64,000 nt of DNA, from IMG/VR virus record IMGVR_UViG_3300035157_000972; one strand, 5' to 3'. The notes below the pieces were generated by a model. It was not told the origin of the DNA. It ran no database searches and saw nothing but the letters and a program-made list of their open reading frames with translations. The stretch is from a virus. Each line of letters begins with the position of its first letter. Position 1 is the first letter of the stretch. Below are positions 55,094-63,931 of this stretch, one piece after another. A program made the translations under genes and the position numbers.

Positions 55094-57352
55094 ATGACAG
55101 TATCAATCGAAATCAAAGGTAATCTTGCTAAGTTACTAGCAACAGAAGACCTTATCATTGAGCATAAACCAGTCGAGACAGCATCATTTGATGTTGATAG
55201 AAGAGTCCTTACTCTACCTGTATGGGATAGAGCAAGTGAGACTGTTTACGACATGCTAGTGGCACATGAAGTGGGTCACGCTCTATTCACACCTAATAGA
55301 GATTGGTGGAAAGAAGATGAGTTCAAAACAATACCACATGATTATGTCAATGTGGTAGAAGATGCTCGTATTGAAAGACTTATCAAGCAAAGATATAGAG
55401 GTCTCAACAGGGATTTCAACAGAGGATATTCTGAGTTACACAATGATGATCTATTTGAATTAGAGGATACAAATGTAAATCATTTGAAACCTATTGATAG
55501 AATCAATCTATACTTCAAGATCGGTAGTTTCATTGACATTGAGTTCAATGATACTGAGAATGAGTTTGTGACCAGAATTTCTAGATGTCAAACATTTGAC
55601 GAGGTGCTACAAATATCTAAAGAGATACACAAGTACACTAAAGAAATGCAAGAGCAAATGCAGAAGCAAGCAAATGCCGAGCAAAAAGATTCTGAAGCAC
55701 AAGATAATGCCAAAGTCGAGGTCAGACCTGACATGTCAGAGTCTAATGATAACACTCAGGCACAAAAAGTTGAGCAAGAAACTGATACTCAAGGTCAGGG
55801 AGATCAAGAGAAAGAAGAACCAGTACAAGGTAGATCAGACAAATCATTTCCTGATGAAGTAGAGGATACTGAACAGAAACAGGACGAGATAGAAAATTCT
55901 GGCGATACTCAGGGTGGAGAGTTCGGAGACATCAATACTGCTAGAACTCAGAGATCACTTGACGAGAGTCTAGAGGATTTGACTAACACATACAAAGATC
56001 AAGTACCTACACAATATGTTACTATACCTAACATGCAAATGGATAAGGTAGTAGTTGAATTTGATCGTATCAAATCATATCTTGATAAGCATTTTGTTGA
56101 GAATAATACTACTGACTCATCAAATAATTTCATCATTGAGCATACAAGAAGATTCAATGAGTTCAAGAAGTCAAGTAACAAAGAAGTCAACTATCTTGTC
56201 AAAGAGTTTGAAATGAAAAAGTCAGCAGACTCATACGCTAGACAAAGAACTGCAAAGACTGGTATGCTTGACACATCTAAGTTACACACATATTTGTACA
56301 ATGAAGATGTATTCAAGAAAGTAACAACAATTACTGACGGTAAGAATCATGGTCTTGTATTTGTTCTGGACTGGTCAGGTTCAATGAACAACATACTTGA
56401 AGATACTCTCAAGCAATTATTTCAATTAGTCTGGTTCTGTAAAAAGACACAAATCCCTTACGAGGTGTACGCTTTCACAAATGATTCATGGAAACTAGAC
56501 TACCTTGAAGATACTGATACAGACAACTATTCAGCATATAGAACTCAATCATCTAATTTACTGGTTGACACTTGGAAAGAAGGAGACATCAATATTGATG
56601 GGTGTTTCCGTATGGTAAACATATTATCATCTAAGGCAAGAACCAAAGATATTGAGAAACAAATGCTAAACTTATGGTTGACAAACTGTAGTTTCAAGTA
56701 TCACTACAATCATTGTTTCCAACACCCTGCATATTTTCATCTATCAGGTACACCATTGAATGAAGCGATCATTGCCACTAAGCAAATAGTCAAGCAAATG
56801 ATGAAGAAAATTCAAAAGGTTCACGTTGTTATCCTGACTGATGGGGAAGCACATCAACCTAGTTACAATGTGGATAGATCAAAGTTACATGATTCATTCG
56901 GAGTTGACTACAAGGGTACAAGATCAATCAACTCAACTTGTATGTTGAGAAATCGTAGGTCAGGTAAGACTTATGGATTGACCTATAGTAATTGCTCATT
57001 GAAACTTATTGAGTGCATCAAGGACGATCTACCTAACGTCTCATTCATTGCCTTTAGAGTGGTCGAGAGGGGTGGTATGAGATACGTTTGGACTCAGTAT
57101 GGTATGGATACATACAACACATACGAGGAAATGAAAGAGCAAGTCAAGAAAGGAAATCTCTCACTCAAATTGAACTCATTTGATAGATTCTTTATGATTC
57201 CCCAACAGCATCTAAGTGTGGACTCAGATCAACTAGAGCAAGTTGACGAGGGTGCAACTAAAAGAGAAGTCTCAATGGCATTTCGTAAGATGTTCAAGAA
57301 CAAAAAGACTAACAAGTTTATGCTCTCAGAGTTTGCAAAGACCATTGCATAA
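55094..57352 (+). CDS. Metallopeptidase-like (HEXXH) plus VWA-domain protein, CobT-like partner of CobS
   Basis: 'AHEVGHAL', 'NVVEDARIE', MIDAS 'LDWSGSM', 'SGTPL', 'LTDGE'. Confidence 0.85.
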   Translation: MTVSIEIKGNLAKLLATEDLIIEHKPVETASFDVDRRVLTLPVWDRASETVYDMLVAHEVGHALFTPNRDWWKEDEFKTIPHDYVNVVEDARIERLIKQRYRGLNRDFNRGYSELHNDDLFELEDTNVNHLKPIDRINLYFKIGSFIDIEFNDTENEFVTRISRCQTFDEVLQISKEIHKYTKEMQEQMQKQANAEQKDSEAQDNAKVEVRPDMSESNDNTQAQKVEQETDTQGQGDQEKEEPVQGRSDKSFPDEVEDTEQKQDEIENSGDTQGGEFGDINTARTQRSLDESLEDLTNTYKDQVPTQYVTIPNMQMDKVVVEFDRIKSYLDKHFVENNTTDSSNNFIIEHTRRFNEFKKSSNKEVNYLVKEFEMKKSADSYARQRTAKTGMLDTSKLHTYLYNEDVFKKVTTITDGKNHGLVFVLDWSGSMNNILEDTLKQLFQLVWFCKKTQIPYEVYAFTNDSWKLDYLEDTDTDNYSAYRTQSSNLLVDTWKEGDINIDGCFRMVNILSSKARTKDIEKQMLNLWLTNCSFKYHYNHCFQHPAYFHLSGTPLNEAIIATKQIVKQMMKKIQKVHVVILTDGEAHQPSYNVDRSKLHDSFGVDYKGTRSINSTCMLRNRRSGKTYGLTYSNCSLKLIECIKDDLPNVSFIAFRVVERGGMRYVWTQYGMDTYNTYEEMKEQVKKGNLSLKLNSFDRFFMIPQQHLSVDSDQLEQVDEGATKREVSMAFRKMFKNKKTNKFMLSEFAKTIA

Positions 57353-57409
57353 ACCAATTATAATAGTGGCACATTGCATATTGCATTGCCACTATGCACC
57401 CTATACAAT
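57351..57409 (+). promoter_or_regulatory. Early-type promoter module
   Basis: AAACCAAT-N6-AGTGGCAC, then TTGCAT-17 bp-TACAAT. Confidence 0.65.
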
Positions 57410-57442
57410 TAGTACATAAGCAATCAATCAACAATCAAGATT

Positions 57443-58573
57443 ATGCCAAGAACAATCAACTTTGAACCACACTTTGATGCAATCACTTCTAAGTATGGTA
57501 AAGAACTAGATGCTGATATGGTCAAGGAGTATGTTGCAAACAACCCTGATGTATCCTACCAGACTGTCACTAAGTATCTAAACAAGTGGAAAATATCTAG
57601 AGGTAAGTGGAACATCAAAACACCACAACAAGAAACTCAGATACCAACTGCTACATTTCAAGTACAGCAACCACAATCAACTAAACTCACAAAGACTGAG
57701 AAAGTTGAACAAAATCTTATCCCTGCAAAGGATAACACATTCATACCTTTCGGCAACTTCCCTGCACTCAAGAAAGTAATTGCATCTAGGGAGTTCTATC
57801 CAACATTCATTACTGGTATGAGTGGCAATGGTAAGACATTCGGTGTTGAGCAAGCATGCTCTCAGTTGAACAGAGAACTTATCAGGGTCAACATTACAGT
57901 CGAGACTGACGAGGACGATTTGATCGGTGGTTTCAGACTTGTCAATGGTCAAACAGTATGGCACAATGGTGCTGTTGTTGAAGCATTAGAGCGTGGTGCT
58001 ATCTTATTACTTGATGAGATTGATCTAGCATCAAACAAGATACTATGCTTACAACCCATACTAGAGGGCAAAGGTCTGTTTCTCAAGAAGATTGGCGAGT
58101 ACATCAAACCTGCAAAGGGATTCAATGTCATTGCTACTGCTAACACAAAGGGCAAGGGTTCTGATGACGGTCGTTTCATAGGTACTAACATACTCAATGA
58201 AGCGTTCCTTGAGAGATTCCCTATCACATTTGAGCAAGAGTATCCTACAGTAGTGACTGAGAAGAAGATACTTACCAGACTATGTGAAGAGATCGGCATA
58301 CCTCTTACAGGCGATCACAAAGGGTTCATAGACTACCTATGTGACTGGAGTGACATTGTAAGACGTACATTCAAAGACGGTGGTGTTGATGAGATCATAT
58401 CCACTCGAAGACTCGTACACATCATGAGAGCATATCAAATCTTTGGCGATAAAGTCAAGGCAATGCAAATGTGTCTCAACAGATTTGATGATGAGACCAA
58501 AGAGTCATTCATGCAACTCTACACCAAACTAGACGAGCATATCAAGTCAGAAGAGAATGTTACGGAGTCGTAA
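57443..58573 (+). CDS. cobS: CobS-like MoxR AAA+ ATPase
   Basis: Walker A 'GMSGNGKT', 'ETDEDDLIGG', Walker B 'LLLDEID', 'ATANTKGKG', 'AFLERF', 'STRRL'. Confidence 0.9.
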   Translation: MPRTINFEPHFDAITSKYGKELDADMVKEYVANNPDVSYQTVTKYLNKWKISRGKWNIKTPQQETQIPTATFQVQQPQSTKLTKTEKVEQNLIPAKDNTFIPFGNFPALKKVIASREFYPTFITGMSGNGKTFGVEQACSQLNRELIRVNITVETDEDDLIGGFRLVNGQTVWHNGAVVEALERGAILLLDEIDLASNKILCLQPILEGKGLFLKKIGEYIKPAKGFNVIATANTKGKGSDDGRFIGTNILNEAFLERFPITFEQEYPTVVTEKKILTRLCEEIGIPLTGDHKGFIDYLCDWSDIVRRTFKDGGVDEIISTRRLVHIMRAYQIFGDKVKAMQMCLNRFDDETKESFMQLYTKLDEHIKSEENVTES

Positions 58574-58580
58574 CATTCTA

Positions 58581-58609
58581 TTGACAGGGTAAACCAAACC
58601 TGTCATAAT
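58581..58609 (+). promoter_or_regulatory. Sigma70 promoter with internal inverted repeat
   Basis: TTGACA-17 bp-CATAAT; TGACAGG/CCTGTCA palindrome. Confidence 0.7.
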
Positions 58610-58711
58610 GAGTATGTCAGTCAGAGGTTTTGATTGATGACTGACTGACTGACAAACCATTTGTGTCATGTCGTATGACCTAAAACTAGGCACTTGAAAA
58701 CTTACTACATT

Positions 58712-58933
58712 ATGATTATGCAAATTACAGGTTCTTCCGCTATCGCAAACGTAAACTTCAAAGATGCAGGTTTAGTTGGAATCACATTCACATCACAAGA
58801 TACTGAGTATGATTTTCTTGCGAAGGATTCAAACCTTGTTCGTAATGGACTAAGCAATGCAATCTCAAAAGGAGATAGCGTTGGCAAGTTGATCGCTTCA
58901 TACAGAAGAGAAGGTCAACTAACAGAAGTGTAA
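58712..58933 (+). CDS. Small KTSC-like protein
   Basis: 'SSAIANVNF..GITFT..EYDF..SVGKLI'. Confidence 0.5.
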   Translation: MIMQITGSSAIANVNFKDAGLVGITFTSQDTEYDFLAKDSNLVRNGLSNAISKGDSVGKLIASYRREGQLTEV

Positions 58934-58989
58934 TCTGAAACTACACAAAGACAACTGAATATTTTGACACTAGCATAATCTCGCAAAGC

Positions 58990-59015
58990 AAAGCACTCGA
59001 AAGGGTGCTTTTCTT
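58990..59015 (+). terminator. Intrinsic terminator
   Basis: AAAGCACTC-GAAA-GGGTGCTTT followed by a T-rich tail. Confidence 0.75.
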
Positions 59016-59073
59016 ATGCCAATTTATATACTGGTACAAATTGGTTGTTATAGCATAAGACTTATACTATAAT
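59016..59073 (+). promoter_or_regulatory. Early-type promoter driving the restriction-modification pair
   Basis: ATGCCAAT-N6-ACTGGTAC, then TTGTTA-17 bp-TATAAT. Confidence 0.65.
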
Positions 59074-59095
59074 GAGTATATCAATTACAGACACA

Positions 59096-59623
59096 ATGAT
59101 TACAGCAAAAGACATTCTACAATTCAAAACACACAAAGTTTCTCTACAAGAAAGTAAGAGTTGTATCTACAATGGTAGTCCATTTCAAGTCTATAAACAA
59201 ATGAGTAGCAAGAAGAAAGGGGCAAGGTTCGAGGGTATTGTACAAGAGTATTGCACAAACTTAGGATACAAAGTTACAAAACCTGATAACTCAGATCATG
59301 ACAGGAAGATCAACAACATCAAGGTTGAGATCAAGGGTTCAATGATATGGTCAGGCAAAGATGAGCATTTCCGTTGGCAACAATTACGACCGCATCAAGA
59401 TTATGATGTTGTTATATTCCTTGCAATATTCCCACAACAGATAGAGTTCTATGGTTGTACAAAGCAAGATGTCAAAGACAATCTTGAAATACAGGACGAG
59501 AAGGGCAACTGGATACACAACCAACATGGAGGACTCAAGGTCAACTCAGGCACATTCTTTTTGGATAGTGACGGTCTAACCATACCAACATGGTTCAAAT
59601 CAATCGAAGAGGTATTACAATGA
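59096..59623 (+). CDS. Type II restriction endonuclease-like protein (PD-(D/E)XK)
   Basis: 'KGARFE', 'DHDRKINNIKVEIKGS', 'WQQLR..QDYD', 'QHGG'; start moved to 59096 because TATAAT overlaps the ATG at 59072. Confidence 0.75.
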   Translation: MITAKDILQFKTHKVSLQESKSCIYNGSPFQVYKQMSSKKKGARFEGIVQEYCTNLGYKVTKPDNSDHDRKINNIKVEIKGSMIWSGKDEHFRWQQLRPHQDYDVVIFLAIFPQQIEFYGCTKQDVKDNLEIQDEKGNWIHNQHGGLKVNSGTFFLDSDGLTIPTWFKSIEEVLQ

Positions 59624-60408
59624 AACTCAACACAATTACAAACTCAGACTGTCTAAAGTATCTAAAGAAACTACCAGACAATTCAGTTGACCTCGTACTA
59701 ACTGACCCCCCATACTTCATAGGATTTGACGGTGGTAAGGGTTGGGATAAGCAATGGAAGAGTGACAGGGAGTACATTCAATGGTGCATAGAGTGGACTA
59801 AGGAGTGTGTTAGGGTACTCAAAGATGAACGTATGCTCGTTGTATGGGGTACTCTAAAGACTGAAGCGTTCTTATTGTATAAACTAGCATTGAACCGTAT
59901 GGAGGGCATTACACCCCAGAATGAGATCATTTGGTCATACAACTGGGGTGGTAGGTCTAAGGATAACTTTGCTCGTAAACATGAGTATGCGTGGTGCTAT
60001 TCAACAGGTGATAAATTTTTGTTCAATGGTGATGACGTAAGAATTGATCGTAAGATGAATACTAACATAAGAACTGGTTTACAGCATACAAAGGGAACTA
60101 TACCAACATGTGTATGGGAGAAGAACAACCACACAACCAGTAAGGACTATGTTGGTTGGCATGCTACAACTAAGAACATTGATATACTGTCAAGAATAAT
60201 CAAGGCATATACAAATGTCAATGATGTCGTTCTGGACTGTTTCATGGGTTCTGGTTCAACTGCTATCGCTAGTATCAGGACTGGACGTAACTTTGTAGGG
60301 TGTGAAAGAGATAAAGAATACTATACAAAGGCAAAGAAACGTATTTGTGACAGTCAAAAAAGTGACACCAAAAACGTGTCTAAGGCAAGTTTAGCGTCTA
60401 TACTATAG
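59620..60408 (+). CDS. Beta-class N6-adenine/N4-cytosine DNA methyltransferase
   Basis: Motif IV 'TDPPY' precedes motif I 'LDCFMGSGST'; ATGA-coupled to the nuclease. Confidence 0.92.
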   Translation: MKLNTITNSDCLKYLKKLPDNSVDLVLTDPPYFIGFDGGKGWDKQWKSDREYIQWCIEWTKECVRVLKDERMLVVWGTLKTEAFLLYKLALNRMEGITPQNEIIWSYNWGGRSKDNFARKHEYAWCYSTGDKFLFNGDDVRIDRKMNTNIRTGLQHTKGTIPTCVWEKNNHTTSKDYVGWHATTKNIDILSRIIKAYTNVNDVVLDCFMGSGSTAIASIRTGRNFVGCERDKEYYTKAKKRICDSQKSDTKNVSKASLASIL

Positions 60409-60429
60409 ACATATACAGGAGTTACACCT

Positions 60430-60570
60430 ATGAGACAATTCACAGTTTCAGCACTTCTTGAAGGATACAGGATAGAGGAGACTGTAACAGCAGTTTCTAT
60501 TCATCATGCTATCAAGATCATGAAGGCAAAGTATGGCAATTCAGCAAGAAACATTTACGTTTTGAACTAA
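60430..60570 (+). CDS. Small hypothetical protein (46 aa, not in ORF track)
   Basis: AGGAG upstream; MRQFTVSALLEGYRIEETVTAVS... Confidence 0.55.
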   Translation: MRQFTVSALLEGYRIEETVTAVSIHHAIKIMKAKYGNSARNIYVLN

Positions 60571-60740
60571 TGAATGAACAAAGACTAAACGAAGAACTCG
60601 ACCTCTTAGAGGAGCATGAAAGAGTCAAAGAAAAGCGTTATCAGGAGTTTCAGCAATGGTTGAACAGTTGCCCTCTCGTGATAACTGACTACAACGATTT
60701 CACAACCGAGTTTCAAATCACATTCTCATTATCTGACTAA
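60570..60740 (+). CDS. Small hypothetical protein (56 aa, not in ORF track)
   Basis: TAATG-coupled at both ends. Confidence 0.55.
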   Translation: MNEQRLNEELDLLEEHERVKEKRYQEFQQWLNSCPLVITDYNDFTTEFQITFSLSD

Positions 60741-60982
60741 TGGAGTACATCACATACAAAAAGCAAGATTTCATTTTTGCATCAAGTCACATTTTATGTG
60801 AGACATTACCCCCTGACTTTGATTCATGGAGTGAAGAAAGACTAGACGATTTCCTAAGTGACAATGCTTATGAACCGTACGAGTATCACACACCCACACA
60901 AATATTTCAAGAGATAGAGTCACTTGCTCACTCAGTTAGAGATTATATCAAAGCAGATCACGAAGACTCTTTGATGATGTGA
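60740..60982 (+). CDS. Small acidic hypothetical protein
   Basis: Coupled ORF in early module. Confidence 0.6.
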   Translation: MEYITYKKQDFIFASSHILCETLPPDFDSWSEERLDDFLSDNAYEPYEYHTPTQIFQEIESLAHSVRDYIKADHEDSLMM

Positions 60983-61057
60983 CAATGAATTACTGGCACA
61001 TCTACGCTTGCTTTCTACTATGCAAGTATTATTATTATAGTATAACAAATCAATCAC

Positions 61058-61279
61058 ATGGAAAGAACTAAAAAACAACTCATGAAAGACCTACAATTCT
61101 GTAAGAATGTTTTAGGTCTATCCCCAGAAGACACCGATCAAATGATCTCAGTATGTGACAAGATGCAAATTGGTGCTGAATATTTTTCAGAAGAATTTGT
61201 ATTTGAAGCAGACTGTATCGAAACAGTATTGAGAGTACATGACCCAGAATATCTACAAATCAAATGGAAATTAGCATGA
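61058..61279 (+). CDS. Small hypothetical protein
   Basis: First ORF after promoter module 60979. Confidence 0.6.
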   Translation: MERTKKQLMKDLQFCKNVLGLSPEDTDQMISVCDKMQIGAEYFSEEFVFEADCIETVLRVHDPEYLQIKWKLA

Positions 61280-61485
61280 ATGACAAAGGGCAATTCAATT
61301 TGCCACTCACACATACTCAGTTATGTGATGTCATATACTATCTTGACTGGAAAATTTTTGAAGTCAATGAAGCAGGTTGCGATCTAGAATTTCCAGAGAT
61401 CGAAGACACACTTCAACAACTAAGAGATTACAAACATCAAATCTCTCAAAAATATAATCTATTCGAGGTTGAACATGGAACTTAG
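61276..61485 (+). CDS. Small hypothetical protein
   Basis: ATGA coupling. Confidence 0.55.
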   Translation: MNDKGQFNLPLTHTQLCDVIYYLDWKIFEVNEAGCDLEFPEIEDTLQQLRDYKHQISQKYNLFEVEHGT

Positions 61486-61804
61486 ACAAGATAGTAAAGA
61501 CACATACACCTTGAAACTCACTCGCAGGGAACTAGGTTTACTTCATTACCAGTCAAGCATTTGGTATCATAGAGTGGACTCAGACCTTGAGCAGGGTGCT
61601 ATCGGATACGATCATCACTTATGGGATTGGTTCGGCAAAGATGCTGTTGTAGGTCTATACAGAGCAGTTAGAACCCTTATTGATTCTAACTTTGACAATG
61701 ACAAACAGTTACAGCGTAAAGATGCTTTTACCAAACCATTTTGTTATGAACCAAAGAGTGAAAACCACTACACTAAGTGGGATATTGGTCAATTCAAAGA
61801 CTGA
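61475..61804 (+). CDS. Hypothetical protein
   Basis: GAGG upstream; overlapping ORF. Confidence 0.55.
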   Translation: MELRQDSKDTYTLKLTRRELGLLHYQSSIWYHRVDSDLEQGAIGYDHHLWDWFGKDAVVGLYRAVRTLIDSNFDNDKQLQRKDAFTKPFCYEPKSENHYTKWDIGQFKD

Positions 61805-61866
61805 CACATGATCGGTTGCTATTTTATTGTAACCGATTATTATAATACTATAGCAATCAATCAATC

Positions 61867-62124
61867 ATGGCAATGACACCTCGACAATTCATGGAAGAAG
61901 TTTACGAGATAGCGTATGGCGATCAAGCATACTATCGTGGTTTCTTTCCAGAAGAAGTGCTAGAAACACTTAGAGAATTTTCAGACAATGCTCTCAAGGT
62001 CGAAGAGTTGAGTCTAGAACCAGAACAGTATGAAGACATGGATAGGCAACTTGAAGACGCTTATCGTAGAGGATACAAAGACGGTCGTAAATTTGCATTA
62101 CAACAACAGGAGACTAACTCATGA
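61867..62124 (+). CDS. Small acidic hypothetical protein
   Basis: First ORF after promoter module 61786; 'FMEEVYEIAYGD'. Confidence 0.6.
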   Translation: MAMTPRQFMEEVYEIAYGDQAYYRGFFPEEVLETLREFSDNALKVEELSLEPEQYEDMDRQLEDAYRRGYKDGRKFALQQQETNS

Positions 62125-63894
62125 ATCGTTCAGAACTAGAAAAACTAATTACTGACTTTGTTTTAGAGCATAATCTTGATGCTCAGTTTGTACAGCAAAC
62201 AGAAGGACTAACTTATGTTCGATTTGTAGTCGAGGAGGACTCATGAAACAGTTTATCATTTATGCCACTAAAGAATACGAGTACACAAAAACCGTATTTG
62301 CAAAAGACATTACTGACGCTCATCTACAGGCATTTTACAGAACTGAAGACCCAGAGGACGATTGGACTTGTATTACTGACCCTGACTATGATGATGACAA
62401 CCCTTACAACATTACACTAATTGAGGAGTCATGACTAAAAACGAATTTACAGACTTACTTGCAAAGTGGACTGACAAGTATATCATGTCAATGTCAGTTG
62501 ACCAACTCAGACATCACGTTGCTGAAGACGTATTTACAACAATGCTCAATCTTAGGAAATATGGAGACGAGCGTGAAGTATTTGACGAAATGATTGACTG
62601 GGGTGGAGAAGATTTATTCAATGAGGTATCATCATGACTAGAGATTATCAACCAGAAGGAGTCAAATATACATTTCCTGATGATGACCCATATCAGGAGA
62701 GCAATGAAATCTATTACAACATGGTAGATTTTCTAGATGATTCAGAAGTACATCAAATCTGGGAAATTGTCGGCAAGGCACTTGACAGAAATAATATTGT
62801 CACAACAGACAATGAAAGTCTATCAGTTCGGGTGTATGATGAACTTAGTGAAGAGGACTAACTCATGAAAACAGTTACTTACACATTTGATGAACTACAC
62901 GCTTTTAGTGAGCATGTCACATGGTGTATCATGGAACAAGATCAACCAGTAGATGACAACCTACAATCTTTTATAGACAAAACTCTTTATTCAAATGACT
63001 AATCACAAACAAGTAAACTTCACAACTGTCATGGACTATCGTCAAACATTTACAGTTGACCTAGATTTTGAAGCACTCAAAAAAGAGTACATTGAAAAGC
63101 ATGACTTTGATGAAGAAGAAGTGCAAGGTATGTGGGAGAGTGATGACGAATTGTACAACCTCGCATGGGAAATGGTCATGGAAGACCCAGACAAGTATCG
63201 TGACCAAGAATTTGGTCATGGAGACTATGACAATGAAGTCGTGTATCATGACTGTATAATCTGATGAAAGTTTACACGTTACTATTGACAGAAGGCGAGA
63301 TCAATTCATTGAAAGATCGTCTAGAGTCAGACAACTACGTCAATTATGACAATGATCTCAAATCAGTAGTTGAAAAGATCGGTTACTTCTTTGAACCACA
63401 AAAAGATGGAACTATCGACAATTCCCCATACAACGAAATTCCTGACAGGTACTAAACATGGCAATTCCAGACAAACTAACCAAAGCACAATTTGACGCTC
63501 TCAAAGAGTATTATGTTGATCGTATTGTTGATAATATGTCAACAAAAGACCTCGTTCGTTACGTTTATGATGATATGTCAGAGTGGGTTGACTCACTCGG
63601 ATATACTGAAGCAATGAATGAATTTGAGGAATATTGGCAAGAATATTTTACGGATACAATAGAGGAAGTTTTGGAGTGTGTCAAGGAATGATTTGTTACG
63701 AAGTTTACAACATTGATTTTGACTTTGATGACGGTATCGAAGAACCGATTACAAGAGAAGAAAAGAAATCAATCATAGCAGACAATCTTGGCAAGTGGTA
63801 TGCACTTGATGATGATGACCTGATTGACGATATTACCTCGACAAGTGGGTGGTGCATCAAACATATTGACTACGAAATTGCTGAAATTGTATAA
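62121..63894 (+). other. Array of nine translationally coupled or abutting small acidic ORFs (62121-62246, 62243-62434, 62431-62637, 62634-62861, 62865-63002, 62995-63264, 63264-63455, 63458-63691, 63688-63894)
   Basis: ATGA/TGATG overlaps, GAGG(A) ribosome-binding sites, Asp/Glu-rich products typical of early host-takeover genes; no families recognised. Confidence 0.6.
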
Positions 63895-63902
63895 AATGTA
63901 CA

Positions 63903-63931
63903 TTGACTTATAATAGCATAGCGTCTATTAT
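63903..63931 (+). promoter_or_regulatory. Sigma70-type promoter before an ORF starting at 63953 that runs off the window
   Basis: TTGACT-17 bp-TATTAT. Confidence 0.55.
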
